Assembly (NCBI GenBank): GCA_963809895.1 | Contig: CAWELD010000003.1 | Coordinates: 3,168,001-3,232,000, forward strand | Direction: 5' to 3' | DNA from: an uncultured Gemmatimonadales bacterium | GTDB lineage: Bacteria; Gemmatimonadota; Gemmatimonadetes; Longimicrobiales; Gaopeijiaceae | Length of the DNA: 64,000 nucleotides | In this document: positions 9,766 to 20,020 of the stretch, one piece after another | Layout: each line of letters starts with the position of its first letter | Position numbering within the stretch: the stretch's first letter is position 1 | Program-made: the position numbers and the translations under genes | The notes under the pieces: generated by a model | Database searches by the model: none | Seen by the model: only the letters and a program-made list of their open reading frames with translations | What the model was told of the DNA's origin: nothing

Positions 9766-11223
9766 TCAGCGCAGCCCCACCGTGCCCTTCACCGAGGCGA
9801 ACAGCTTGGCGCTGTCGTAGCCGACGCCGTCCTTGAAGACGAGCTCCACCTGCTCGATGGCGCTCACGTCGGTCACGGGATTTCCGCGCACCAGGACCAG
9901 ATCGGCGCGCTTGCCCGACTCCACCGTGCCCAGCTCGTCGTCCCGCCCCAGCGCCTTGGCGCCGTTGAGGGTGGCGATGCGGATGGCCTCGGCGAAGTCG
10001 TAGCCCTCCTCCACCAGCAGCTCGATGGCGCGCAGGTTCGAGTAGCCCGCCACCACGCCGCCGTAGCCCGTGGGATCGGTGCCCACGGTCAGCAATCCCC
10101 CGGCGTCGTGGAAGGCCTTCTCCATGGCCATGCCCTTGGCGAAGACCGTGGACCACGGCGACGACGAGCCCTGTTGCTGCACCTGCTCCCAGCGCTGCAC
10201 GTAGGCGTCGCGCAACTGCGGTAGCAGGGCGTCCAGCGCGCCCTGGGGTGCCTCGGGCCGCCCGGGGGTGAAGGTCTCGAAGACGGTGAGCGTCGAGGTC
10301 ATGGCCACGCCGCGCTCCACCAGGTGCTGCACCAGATCGCGAAAGGCGGGGCTGTCCAGGTCGAGCGCCGCGTACGACTGCGTGGCGGCTCCCCCCGCCG
10401 GACACCGGTCGGGCTCCTTGTCCGGCACCCAGTCCGTGGCTGCCAGGAAGCCGTGCTCGAGCTGATCGATGCCCAGGTCGGCGGCTTCGCGGTAGGTGAT
10501 GGAGCACAGGTGGCCCGTGACCCGGAGGCCGCGCGCGTGGGCTTCCTCCACCGCGGCGCGCAGCATGTCCCTGGACAGCAGGTTGTAGACCTTGAACGAG
10601 GTGACGCCGGCATCGGCCCAATAGCGCACCATGTCGCGGATCTCGTCGGCGTCGGCGGCACCGTGGACCGAGACGATGGGCAGCCCCTCTCCCTCCAGGT
10701 AGGGTCCGGTGACGTCCATGCGGGGCCCGACCCGCTGCCCGGCATCGATGAGGTCCCGGAGCTTCAGGTCCGTGTAGGGCTCCATGCTGCCGGCGGTGCG
10801 GATGGTGGTGGCGCCGCCGGCCAGATACAGGGGCGGAAAGCTCGAGGAGTTGGTGTTGTAGCGCCCGTCGCCCGACACGTAGAAGAGGTGCTCGTGGGTC
10901 ATGACGAAGCCGGGCATGAGCGTGCGGCCGGCGCCGTCGATGACCCGGGCGCCGTCGGGCACCGCCACCTCGCCGTCGGCGCCCACCGCCTGGATGCGGC
11001 CGTCGGCCACGAGCACGGTCTGCCCCTCGCGCACCGGGCCGCCGGTCCCGTCCACGAGGCGCACGCCCCGGATGGCCACCACCGGCTCGTCCACGGCGAT
11101 GAAGGGTCGCACCCGGGGTCCGAAGGTGTCGGGGCGCTGAGCCCGTACCGCAAGCGGGGCCAGACCGGCAGCCGCGGCGGCCAGCCACATCGCGAGCACG
11201 CCACGGACGGCGCCGGCGCTCAC
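9766..11223 (-). CDS. Amidohydrolase family protein
   Basis: PGFVMTHEH, EHG, GTD, GKRADLVLV. Confidence 0.88.
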   Translation of the reverse strand: MSAGAVRGVLAMWLAAAAAGLAPLAVRAQRPDTFGPRVRPFIAVDEPVVAIRGVRLVDGTGGPVREGQTVLVADGRIQAVGADGEVAVPDGARVIDGAGRTLMPGFVMTHEHLFYVSGDGRYNTNSSSFPPLYLAGGATTIRTAGSMEPYTDLKLRDLIDAGQRVGPRMDVTGPYLEGEGLPIVSVHGAADADEIRDMVRYWADAGVTSFKVYNLLSRDMLRAAVEEAHARGLRVTGHLCSITYREAADLGIDQLEHGFLAATDWVPDKEPDRCPAGGAATQSYAALDLDSPAFRDLVQHLVERGVAMTSTLTVFETFTPGRPEAPQGALDALLPQLRDAYVQRWEQVQQQGSSSPWSTVFAKGMAMEKAFHDAGGLLTVGTDPTGYGGVVAGYSNLRAIELLVEEGYDFAEAIRIATLNGAKALGRDDELGTVESGKRADLVLVRGNPVTDVSAIEQVELVFKDGVGYDSAKLFASVKGTVGLR

Positions 11224-11253
11224 CTGCCCCGGCGCGACGGGCCCCTCTCTTCC

Positions 11254-11685
11254 TCACCGCCACACCTCGGCGGTGATCCGCAGGTCCGCGCCTTCGGACA
11301 GCCACAGCCAGCGACCCTCGATCTGATAGCCGTCCACCGCCTGCAACGCTTCGAGGATGGTGCGCTCACGTGCCTGGCCCGCCGGGGCCCGGCACGTCGT
11401 GCGGGTGGTGGCCAACGGACCGAAGGTGACGTGCGTGCCGTCGGACCGGTACGGGCCCGAGAAGCGGTTGCATCCGGTGGCGCCGTAGACCTTGCCCTCG
11501 GCGGACAGGATCAGCAGGTGCGGCGCCAGGTTCACGTCGTTCCCGGCGGGCACGGGCTGACCGTTCACCTGAACGATGCGCCAGGTCGTGCCCTCCAGGA
11601 CGGCGGGCACGTCGCTACGGCCACCACCGGTGGCACAACCCAGTACGAGGAGCGATGCGGCGAACATCGGGGCCAGGCGGCGCAT
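11254..11685 (-). CDS. META (HslJ) domain lipoprotein
   Basis: LVLGC lipobox, LEGTTW, GCNRFSG, FGPLATTR. Confidence 0.85.
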   Translation of the reverse strand: MRRLAPMFAASLLVLGCATGGGRSDVPAVLEGTTWRIVQVNGQPVPAGNDVNLAPHLLILSAEGKVYGATGCNRFSGPYRSDGTHVTFGPLATTRTTCRAPAGQARERTILEALQAVDGYQIEGRWLWLSEGADLRITAEVWR

Positions 11686-11737
11686 ACGACGCTCCAGAGC
11701 AGGCGAGAGGGTCAGGCGAGACCGGATCCGAACAATG

Positions 11738-12907
11738 TCACGACGGATCCTCTGGCGCACCACCCGCCGCCGACTCGGGGCGGGGCAGCACCGCGGTGGC
11801 CGCCCGCGCCAGCACGTGTCGCAACGGGAACATGACGGCGGCGGCCAACGCCCCGGCCAGGAGCGAGCCCGTGAAGCCCGGCAGGCCGAGCGTGGCCTCC
11901 ACCCACGACGACAGCGCGTTCTCGAGCCCCGCGAACAGGAGCAATCCCCCGGCGCCCAGCGCCCCGTACACGGTGCTGCGGCGGAGCACCAGGCCCGGGT
12001 CCACCGCGCCGTCGTAGAAGACCGCGACCGCCGTGCTCACGACCAGCACCGTGGGCGCCAGCAGCACGAGCGCGGCCATGACGGCCATGAGCGGATCGGG
12101 GATCGAGACGTCCGTGGCAGCCAGCAAGGCGAACACGGAGGGAATCACCAGGATCAGCCAGCCGGCGGTGACCAGGCCGACGACCAGCCACAGGACCGGC
12201 CGTCGCTGCCCGGGGGTCGCGAGACGATAGCCGGTGACGAGATTGCGCGCCCCGAGCCCGATGGCCGCCAGCGGCGCCAACAGCATGAGCACGACGGACG
12301 GCCCCAGGCCCAGTACCAGCGCCAACTGCGGCCGCTGTTCGGGCTCGATCCACCCGGCGGCGCTGGCGCCGATCCGCGTCAGGGCCACCGCCACCAGCGC
12401 CGTGCCCCAGACCACCGACGGACGGAAGAGCGCCACCCGCACGCGCCGCAGAAAAGCCAGGTGCCGGGCGGGCCGAAGATCCGTTCCCCGGAGGGGTGCC
12501 GGAAAGAGCACCGACACGCGCAGGAAGGCGGCCGCGGCCAGGATCATGCCCGCGCTGGCCAATGCCAGGCTCCAGCCGCCGGCGGCTACGTTCACGCTCA
12601 CCGTGCCCGGCACCACCGACACCTCCAGGAAGCGCAGCAGGGATCCCCACACGGCGGCCAGGAAGGCCAGGAAGAGCGCCAGGCTGCGGGCGCCGCTGCG
12701 GTGCCACGAGCGCACCACCAGCACGCCGGCCAACACGCACGCCCCCAGTGCCGTCACCACGGTCAGCGCCACGGCCCACAGCACGATCTGGAAGCGCGCG
12801 GGCAGAACGCCGCTCAGCTCCGCGAAGCGCGGGAGCAGCAGGGCCACGTGCGCCAAGGCCGCCAGCACCAGGGCGCCGGTGAAGAGCCTGGACAGCCGTG
12901 CGGGCAT
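11738..12907 (-). CDS. Multi-pass membrane protein, unknown function
   Basis: Many hydrophobic helices; VLRRSTVYG motif as in sensor membrane domains. Confidence 0.7.
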   Translation of the reverse strand: MPARLSRLFTGALVLAALAHVALLLPRFAELSGVLPARFQIVLWAVALTVVTALGACVLAGVLVVRSWHRSGARSLALFLAFLAAVWGSLLRFLEVSVVPGTVSVNVAAGGWSLALASAGMILAAAAFLRVSVLFPAPLRGTDLRPARHLAFLRRVRVALFRPSVVWGTALVAVALTRIGASAAGWIEPEQRPQLALVLGLGPSVVLMLLAPLAAIGLGARNLVTGYRLATPGQRRPVLWLVVGLVTAGWLILVIPSVFALLAATDVSIPDPLMAVMAALVLLAPTVLVVSTAVAVFYDGAVDPGLVLRRSTVYGALGAGGLLLFAGLENALSSWVEATLGLPGFTGSLLAGALAAAVMFPLRHVLARAATAVLPRPESAAGGAPEDPS

Positions 12908-13026
12908 ATCCGCCAAGAGACCTCCCGACCGAAGGACGAGGGAAGAATCTAGCGAAGAAGAACGCAACGGGCCCCACCGTTCATCCGGCAGGGCCCGTCG
13001 AAGCAGGTCGCTCGTGGCGGCGCTGC

Positions 13027-14352
13027 CTACCCCCGGCCGGAGGGCCGCGCCACGTTCCCGTGCGCCACGGAGAGCTCGGCCTCGATCATCTCCGGCTGCT
13101 GCAGCGGTTGCCAGATCTGGATCACCGGGAAGGTGGTCAGGAACCAGCGCAGCGACGCCAGGAACAGCCCCAGGAATCCCACGCCGATGAGCACCTGGAA
13201 GACCTCGGCCTTCGGATCGTAGGCCGGCAGCAGCGAGGGGGCCACCAACATGTAGCGCTCGCTCCAGAGCCCGAACAGGATGACGCCGGTGAAGAACTGC
13301 AGGATGCCCGGTGTGAGCTTGGGCTTGCGGCCCAGCAGCCCGGCGAAGGGGATGATGAAGCAGAGCACCACCACGGTGGCGGAATAGGGGCCCCAGGCCG
13401 CGCCGCTCCGATGCACCACGTAGGCCTGCTCCCAGGGAAGCTTGCCGTACCAGATCACCAGGTACTGGGACCAGAACAGGTAGGTCCAGAACACGCAGAA
13501 GGCGAAGGCGAGCTTGCCCAGGTCGTGGCGCTGCTGCAGCCCGATGGCCCGGGAGACCTCACCGTCCTTGCGCCGCAGCCAGACCGCGGCGACCGCGGTG
13601 GCCGCGATCCCCCCCCAGAACGCGCCCATGAAGAACCAGGCCCCGAACAGCGTGCTGTACCAGTGGGGCTCCAGGCTCATGACGAAGTCGTACGCCAGGA
13701 AGCTCATGACCGTGGCGTAGACCAGCACCAGCACGGGAGCCAGGCGGGCCATGCGCTGCGAGCTCCGCACCTCCTCGGCCTCCTGACCCAGCCAGCCGGA
13801 CATGATGCGGTCGCGCCAGCTCGCGCGGGCCGGATCCAGCGAGGGCCCGTCCACCAGGCCCATGTCGGGACGCACCGCCATGTAGACGAAGTAGAGGCCC
13901 AGCCCGAACAGGAGGAGCGGTCCCACCACGTTGCGGGTCACGAAGAAGGGCACGTTCAGGTACGCGGCCTTCTTCTGCAGGACCGGATCGTGGGCCATCT
14001 CGGCGATCCACGGAAAGTAGTTCTCCCGCAGCCCGAGGAGCATGGGTATCAGCAACACCAGCGCGATGGGCAGGAAGGCGCCGAACGCCACGCTGATGCG
14101 GCGCACCGACCAGTTCCACTTGGCCTTCACGATGGTGGTGGCGGCGGCGAAGATCACCGCGCCCATGGCCACGCTCGTGAAGAAGAGCCAGTTGGAGACG
14201 TAGCTCACCCACGCCATGGTGGGATCCTGGCCCCGGGCGACGAAGAACGCGACCACGCCCACGAGCGCCATGGCCCCGTAGACCAGGTTGGCGCCCTTGC
14301 TCCGGTCCAGATAGCGGACCGGGATGTGGTCGGGAATGTGGATCTGGGCCAT
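13027..14352 (-). CDS. actF: Alternative complex III subunit ActF
   Basis: MSLEPHWYSTLFG, YLFWSQYLVIWYG; operon position. Confidence 0.85.
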   Translation of the reverse strand: MAQIHIPDHIPVRYLDRSKGANLVYGAMALVGVVAFFVARGQDPTMAWVSYVSNWLFFTSVAMGAVIFAAATTIVKAKWNWSVRRISVAFGAFLPIALVLLIPMLLGLRENYFPWIAEMAHDPVLQKKAAYLNVPFFVTRNVVGPLLLFGLGLYFVYMAVRPDMGLVDGPSLDPARASWRDRIMSGWLGQEAEEVRSSQRMARLAPVLVLVYATVMSFLAYDFVMSLEPHWYSTLFGAWFFMGAFWGGIAATAVAAVWLRRKDGEVSRAIGLQQRHDLGKLAFAFCVFWTYLFWSQYLVIWYGKLPWEQAYVVHRSGAAWGPYSATVVVLCFIIPFAGLLGRKPKLTPGILQFFTGVILFGLWSERYMLVAPSLLPAYDPKAEVFQVLIGVGFLGLFLASLRWFLTTFPVIQIWQPLQQPEMIEAELSVAHGNVARPSGRG

Positions 14353-14355
14353 GGC

Positions 14356-15015
14356 TCAGCGCTCCCCGCCGGCGCCGGCGCTGTCCGCCGCCTGGGCCTG
14401 ATTTGCGTTGTACTGTGCCTGAAGTCGTCGCACGTAGTTGATCACGTTCCAGCGGTCGAAATGGGTGATCTGGTGCGCGTACGAGGGCATGAGCCCCCGG
14501 CCCACCCGGATCATCCCGTAGATGTAGCCGTCGGGATAGCCCTGCACCTGGGGGCCGGCCAGGTTGTAGACCTGCAGCGCCGGCCATTTGTCCACGATGA
14601 GGGCGTCGGCGCCGATCCCTTCGGGCCCGTGACAGACGATGCAGGTGCGGTTGTAGATGACCTGGCCACGAGCCAACGAGGCCGAATCGGCCGGCACCGG
14701 ATTCTGGAGGTTCTGCAACACCGCCGTGCCCGGAGGCACCGCGGTGGCGGCCTGCGTGAAGTCCGGCACCGTGTAGTCGGTCTCCAGCGGCTCGCCGATG
14801 TTCACGTCGCCCGGTGCGGGCGGGAAGTTGCCCGACGAGAAGGAGATGGCGCCCTCGGCGGGCATGCGCGTGTTCTCGTAGGGATCGAACGACGCCTGGC
14901 TGCGCATGCTGCGCCCGAAGATGGCCACCATGGCGTCGTCGAGGGCGGTGCAGGCCGAGGCGCTGAAGGCCACGGTCAGGATCGTCAGGGCCCGGAGCAG
15001 GCGCGCGCTACGCAT
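14356..15015 (-). CDS. actE: Alternative complex III monoheme cytochrome c lipoprotein ActE
   Basis: Lipobox ASAC, single CIVCH, GRGLMPSY. Confidence 0.85.
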   Translation of the reverse strand: MRSARLLRALTILTVAFSASACTALDDAMVAIFGRSMRSQASFDPYENTRMPAEGAISFSSGNFPPAPGDVNIGEPLETDYTVPDFTQAATAVPPGTAVLQNLQNPVPADSASLARGQVIYNRTCIVCHGPEGIGADALIVDKWPALQVYNLAGPQVQGYPDGYIYGMIRVGRGLMPSYAHQITHFDRWNVINYVRRLQAQYNANQAQAADSAGAGGER

Positions 15016-15532
15016 GGGCGCCCTCCGTGTCCTCGAGGAGCTCGATGGGATGATGCTCCTCGAGGATGGCCCGGGCCTCCTCGAGACGCTTGCCCTCGGC
15101 CGAGACGTAGATGCCGAAGCGTCCCGCGCTGAACTCGGGATCGTAGACCACCATGGGCTTGGTCTTGGGCAGGCGGCTGTTGATGAAGAGCCCCAGCACC
15201 GTGGCCAGCGCGCCGAACAGGATGGTCAGCTCGAAGGCGATCACCACGTAGGCGGGGATCGACAGGATCGGCTTGCCCCCGGTGATCAACGGCCAGTCCA
15301 CCGAGGTGAACGAGGTGAAGGCGAAGCCCGTGGCGGTCCCCGTGAGCGCCCCCACCAGGGTGAACACGCGCACGGGGCTCTGATCGTAGCCCATGGCGTG
15401 CTCCAGGTGGTGCTCCGGGAAGGGTGCGTACGCGGTCAGGTCCTGGAACCCTTCCTTCCGCAGCCTGGTCACGGACGCCACGATGTCGTCCAGGTATTCG
15501 AACGAAGCCAGAAGGCCGGTGGTGCCGCTCAT
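15008..15532 (-). CDS. actD: Alternative complex III subunit ActD (DUF3341)
   Basis: WPLITGGKP, FELTILFG. Confidence 0.85.
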   Translation of the reverse strand: MSGTTGLLASFEYLDDIVASVTRLRKEGFQDLTAYAPFPEHHLEHAMGYDQSPVRVFTLVGALTGTATGFAFTSFTSVDWPLITGGKPILSIPAYVVIAFELTILFGALATVLGLFINSRLPKTKPMVVYDPEFSAGRFGIYVSAEGKRLEEARAILEEHHPIELLEDTEGAHA

Positions 15533-15533
15533 G

Positions 15534-16913
15534 TTATGCCTCCGCCTCCTGGTGTTGCCTGCCCCGCAGGGGTGCCGGCAACACCTCCTTCAACTCGGCG
15601 ATGGCCACGGGCGGCAGCAGCCGGGTGAAGAGCAGGAACCAGAACCCGAACCAGGCGAAGCTGCCGATGAGGATGCCCATCTCCACGATGGAGGGCCGGT
15701 AGACACCCCACGCGAAGGGCTCGTACTCGTGGGCCAGCGAGGTGACGATGATGACGTAGCGCTCGAACCACATCCCGATGTTGACGAAGATCGAGATGAC
15801 GAACAGCGCCGGGATGGAGCGCCGGATGCGCCGGAACCACAGCATCATGGGCACGAAGCCGTTGCAGGTGAGCATGGTCCAGCTCGCCCACCAGTAGTTG
15901 CCGAAGAGCCGGTTCCAGAACACCTGCCGCTCCGGCGCCTCGCCGCTGTACCACGCCATGAAGAACTCGGTGAGGTACGAGTAGAAGACGATGAGCGACG
16001 TGAGCAGGCAGAGCTTGGCCAGCGCGTCGAAGTGCTTCGGCGTGAGGTAGGCCTCGAGGCCGAACATCTTGCGCATGGGCACGGCCAGGGTGATGACCAT
16101 GGCCACGCCCGAGTAGATGGCGCCGGCCACGAAGTACGGCGCGAAGATGGTGGCGTGCCAGCCGGGCACGATCCCCATGGCGAAGTCCCAGGACACCACC
16201 GAGTGCACCGACAGCACCAGCGGCGTGGCCAGGGCGGCGAGGAAGATGTAGGCCTTGCCGAAGTGGTGCCATTCGCGGTCCGTGCCGCGCCATCCCAGCG
16301 ATGCGATCTGGTAGAGCTTCTTGCGTAGCCCGGTGGCCCCGTCACGCGCGGCGGCGATGTCCGGGATCGTTCCCAGGTAGAAGAAGACCGCCGACACGGT
16401 GAAGTAGGTGGTCACCGCGAACACGTCCCACACCAGCGGTGACCGGAAGTTGGGCCACAGGAAGCGGGCGTTGGGATACGGGATCAGCCAGTAGGCGTGC
16501 CAGACCCGGCCCACGTGGATGAGCGGGAAGAGCCCGGCGGTCATGACCGCGAACACGGTCATGGCCTCGGCGGCACGGTAGACCGACTGCCGCCAGGGTG
16601 CCCGGAACAGGAAGAGAATCGCCGAGATGAGCGTTCCCGAGTGGGCGATACCGACCCAGAAGACGAAGGTCGTGATGTAGACCCCCCATCCCACCGGGTT
16701 CATGAGCCCACTCACCCCGATGCCCCGGTAGATCTGCCATCCCCAGGACACGAAGAACAGGCCCACGCCCGCCAGAAGGAGGGCGAACATCGCCCACCAC
16801 GCCTTGCCGGGAGCGGACAGCGCCTTGAGCACGTCGTTGTTGACGTCGGCATAGCGCTCGACGTCGGGGTGCGTCAGTGCTCCCCGCCTCTGGGATTCCG
16901 TCAACGTCGCCAT
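15534..16913 (-). CDS. actC: Alternative complex III NrfD-type subunit ActC
   Basis: FVFWVGIAHSGTLIS, RSPLVWDVFAV, HSVVSWDF, GMWFER. Confidence 0.92.
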   Translation of the reverse strand: MATLTESQRRGALTHPDVERYADVNNDVLKALSAPGKAWWAMFALLLAGVGLFFVSWGWQIYRGIGVSGLMNPVGWGVYITTFVFWVGIAHSGTLISAILFLFRAPWRQSVYRAAEAMTVFAVMTAGLFPLIHVGRVWHAYWLIPYPNARFLWPNFRSPLVWDVFAVTTYFTVSAVFFYLGTIPDIAAARDGATGLRKKLYQIASLGWRGTDREWHHFGKAYIFLAALATPLVLSVHSVVSWDFAMGIVPGWHATIFAPYFVAGAIYSGVAMVITLAVPMRKMFGLEAYLTPKHFDALAKLCLLTSLIVFYSYLTEFFMAWYSGEAPERQVFWNRLFGNYWWASWTMLTCNGFVPMMLWFRRIRRSIPALFVISIFVNIGMWFERYVIIVTSLAHEYEPFAWGVYRPSIVEMGILIGSFAWFGFWFLLFTRLLPPVAIAELKEVLPAPLRGRQHQEAEA

Positions 16914-16971
16914 AGTCGACCCTGGCTCTCTCTCCGAGCAGTCACGCCGCACACCTCCGGGGTCAGCCGGC

Positions 16972-19900
16972 TCAATGCTCGGCCGACGCCACTTCGTGGA
17001 AGGTCACCTTCTTCAGGTAGCTCACCGCGGGCTGGGTGTTGATCATCTCGTCCAGCACGCGGTAGGTCCTCTCGTTCTGCACCTTCTGCGCGACCCGTGA
17101 CTCCGGGTCGCGGATGTTGCCGAAGACGATGGCCTCGGCGGGACAGCTCTGCTGACACGCCGGTACCACGTCGCCGTCGCGCACGCCGCGATCCTCCAGC
17201 ACGGCCCGGTTCTGGGCCTCGCGGATGCGCTGCACGCAGAACGTGCACTTTTCCATCACCCCGTTCTCGCGAACCGTGACGTCGGGGTTGAACTGCCAGT
17301 TCATGGGCTCCGGCACGTCGGTGTACGTGTACCAGTTGAACACGCGCACCTTGTAGGGGCAGTTGTTCGCGCAGTAGCGCGTGCCCACGCAGCGGTTGTA
17401 GACCTGGCCGTTGAGTCCGTCGGGCGTGTGGTACGCCGCGAACACCGGGCACACCGGCTCGCAGGGAGCGTTGCCGCAGTGCTGGCAGAGCATGGGCAGG
17501 TGGCGCACGTCCACCGGGCCCGCCTCGGCGGCGTTGACGTCCTCGTAGTACCGCTCGATGCGGATCCAGGCGAGGTCGCGGCCCATGCGCACCTGGTCCT
17601 CGCCCACCCACGGCACGTTGTTCTCGGACTGGCAGGCCACCACGCACGCGGAGCAGCCGGTGCACTTGTCCAGATCGATGGCCATGGCCCAGCGCGGGGT
17701 GTTGGCCGGATCGGCGTAGCCACCGTACTCGGCCCCGGGTAGCGGGTAGTCCTGCGGCCGGCCCTCGGTCTCGACGGGAACGAACCCGCCCACGGCCTGG
17801 AGCTCGTGGCGCAGCTCGCCCTCGCCCTCACCCGCTTCGCCTTCTTCGGCGGCCATGGGCTCGTGGCCCAGATCCGCCAACGCCACCGCCGGGGCGACGT
17901 TGCGATCGTGCTGGGTCTCGGCCCCTGCGATGGTGGCCAGGCGCATGTGGTCGCCGGTGGGCTCCACCGATACGCGGGTGGCCAGATGCACCAGGCCTCC
18001 CGAGGGCTGCTCGGCCACCGCCGGCAACAGCACCATGGGATTCACACCGAAGCCGGCGGCCCAGCGTCCGGTGCTGCGGCCGCTGCCCATGGCGATGGCC
18101 ACCGTGTCGGCCCGGATGCCCGGATAGACCCACACCGGCACGTTCAGATCGCCGTGGGGCGAGGTGACGTGCACGATGTCGCCGTTGGCGACGCCCAGGC
18201 GCTCGGCGGCATCGGGATGGACCTCCACCCAGGAGTGCCAGGCCAGCTTGGACACCGGGTCCGGAAGCTCGCGCATCCAGGGCCGGTTGGCCTGGCGCCC
18301 GTCGCCGAAGCGCGACGAGGGATAGACGATGAGGGCGAACTCCCCGTCGCCGTCCAGCCCCGGCCGCTCGAAGGTGAGCGCCGCATCGGCCGAGCGCAGC
18401 GCGGTGCCCTCGTCGGTGCCGGCGCCCTCCACCGTCACCACGCCGTGCTTGAGCGCCCACTTCCACCAGGTCTCGAAGTCCTGCCCGCCGCCGGCCATGC
18501 CGTGGATCTGCTGCCAGCGGGTGCGCAGGTGGTCGTAGAAGGTGTCGGCGCCCAACGGATTGCCGGTGCGGTTCGCCACCGACAGGAACACGTCGCCCAC
18601 CTGCTTGGTGTCGAAGTGCGGCACCGGTCGCATGACCGGCTGGCGCACGGCGAACACCCCGGGCCGCGGACGCGAGTCGCCCCACGCCTCCAGGAAGTGG
18701 CGGTCCGGCAGAATCAGGTCCGCCATCTCGGCCGTCTCGTCGGGCTCGTGGGCGAAGGCCACCTTGAAGGCCACCCCGCCGAAGGCGTCGCTGAAGCCCG
18801 ACGCCGGTGGCAGCGAGTGCACCGGATTGGCGCCGTGCACCATGACCACGCCGACGTTGCCGCCGGCCATGGACCGGATCGCCGACTCCATGTCGCCGTA
18901 GGGAGCGGACGCGGCCGAGGCCGTGGTGGTGGCGAGTTGGACCGTGCGGCCCACGTTGCCGGCCACGGCGTTCAGAATCAGCACCGCCAGGTTCGAGGCC
19001 GTGGCGTTGCGGTGCTGTCCGGCCACGCCCGGGCCCAGCGCCACGCTGGGACCGTTGGCGGTGAAGCGCGAGGCCAGATCGCGGAGCGTCTCCACCGAGA
19101 TGCCGGCGTCGCGGGCCGCGGTCTCGGGATCGTAGGCGGCGAGCACCGAGGCGTAGGGGCCGGCGTCGGCGCCGTTCGCGGCCAGGATCGAGGCCATGCC
19201 CAGGGCCACGGCGGCTTCGGCACCGGGGGCCACGGGGATCCACTCGTCGGCGTTCTGACCGGTGAGCGAGAGACGGGGGCCCACGTAGACGAAGGGGGCC
19301 TTGTCACCTTCCTCGCTCACGCCCGACGCCTGGGCGAACTGCCGGCCGTACTCCACCGGCGACAACCAGGTCTCCAGGAAGTCGGCGCCGAAGGACAGCA
19401 CGAAGTTGGCGCCCTCGAGATCGTAGTGCGGCACCACGTCGCGGCCGAAGGCGATGCGCGTGGCCTCACGGAGCGGCGCCTCGGACAGGCCCTCGTACTC
19501 CACCCGCGTGCCGCCCACGGCGCTGAGGAAGCGGTCGGCCAGATCCGTCATCGAGGGCCCCATGGTCCCCGAGATCAGCAGCACGTTGCCCGCGGCCCCA
19601 CGAATGCGATCGGCCAGCAGGGCTTCCGCCTCTTCCCAGGTGGCGGAGCGGAGCTGGCCGTTCTCGCGGATCATCGGTCCCGTGTAGCGGTCCGCGCTGT
19701 AGAGGCCCTGCAGCGAGGAGTGCCCCCGAGCGCACAGGGCGCCCTGCGACACCGGGTGACGGGGGTTGCCCTCCACCTTGACCACCCGACCCTCGCGGGT
19801 CTTGACCCACATGCCGCACTCGGCGGGGCATTCCTGGCAGACCGTGGTGTACCAGGTCGCCACGCCCGGCGTGATGTCCTCCGGGGGGACCACGTAGGGG

Positions 19901-20004
19901 AGGAGCTTCTCCACCTTCTGGGTGGAGCAGCCGATGAGCCCGGCCCCGGCGCTGCTGACGCCCAGGACCTTGAGGAAATCCCGCCTCTTGATGCCGTCGC
20001 TCAT
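16972..20004 (-). CDS. actB: Alternative complex III ActB (molybdopterin-oxidoreductase-like plus 4Fe-4S dicluster fusion), Tat signal
   Basis: RRDFLK Tat motif; C-terminal CTGCSACVVAC, CQHCGNAPCEPVC, CVGTRYCANNC, CTFC. Confidence 0.9.
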   Translation of the reverse strand: MSDGIKRRDFLKVLGVSSAGAGLIGCSTQKVEKLLPYVVPPEDITPGVATWYTTVCQECPAECGMWVKTREGRVVKVEGNPRHPVSQGALCARGHSSLQGLYSADRYTGPMIRENGQLRSATWEEAEALLADRIRGAAGNVLLISGTMGPSMTDLADRFLSAVGGTRVEYEGLSEAPLREATRIAFGRDVVPHYDLEGANFVLSFGADFLETWLSPVEYGRQFAQASGVSEEGDKAPFVYVGPRLSLTGQNADEWIPVAPGAEAAVALGMASILAANGADAGPYASVLAAYDPETAARDAGISVETLRDLASRFTANGPSVALGPGVAGQHRNATASNLAVLILNAVAGNVGRTVQLATTTASAASAPYGDMESAIRSMAGGNVGVVMVHGANPVHSLPPASGFSDAFGGVAFKVAFAHEPDETAEMADLILPDRHFLEAWGDSRPRPGVFAVRQPVMRPVPHFDTKQVGDVFLSVANRTGNPLGADTFYDHLRTRWQQIHGMAGGGQDFETWWKWALKHGVVTVEGAGTDEGTALRSADAALTFERPGLDGDGEFALIVYPSSRFGDGRQANRPWMRELPDPVSKLAWHSWVEVHPDAAERLGVANGDIVHVTSPHGDLNVPVWVYPGIRADTVAIAMGSGRSTGRWAAGFGVNPMVLLPAVAEQPSGGLVHLATRVSVEPTGDHMRLATIAGAETQHDRNVAPAVALADLGHEPMAAEEGEAGEGEGELRHELQAVGGFVPVETEGRPQDYPLPGAEYGGYADPANTPRWAMAIDLDKCTGCSACVVACQSENNVPWVGEDQVRMGRDLAWIRIERYYEDVNAAEAGPVDVRHLPMLCQHCGNAPCEPVCPVFAAYHTPDGLNGQVYNRCVGTRYCANNCPYKVRVFNWYTYTDVPEPMNWQFNPDVTVRENGVMEKCTFCVQRIREAQNRAVLEDRGVRDGDVVPACQQSCPAEAIVFGNIRDPESRVAQKVQNERTYRVLDEMINTQPAVSYLKKVTFHEVASAEH

Positions 20005-20020
20005 GCTCTGATCCAGGGTC

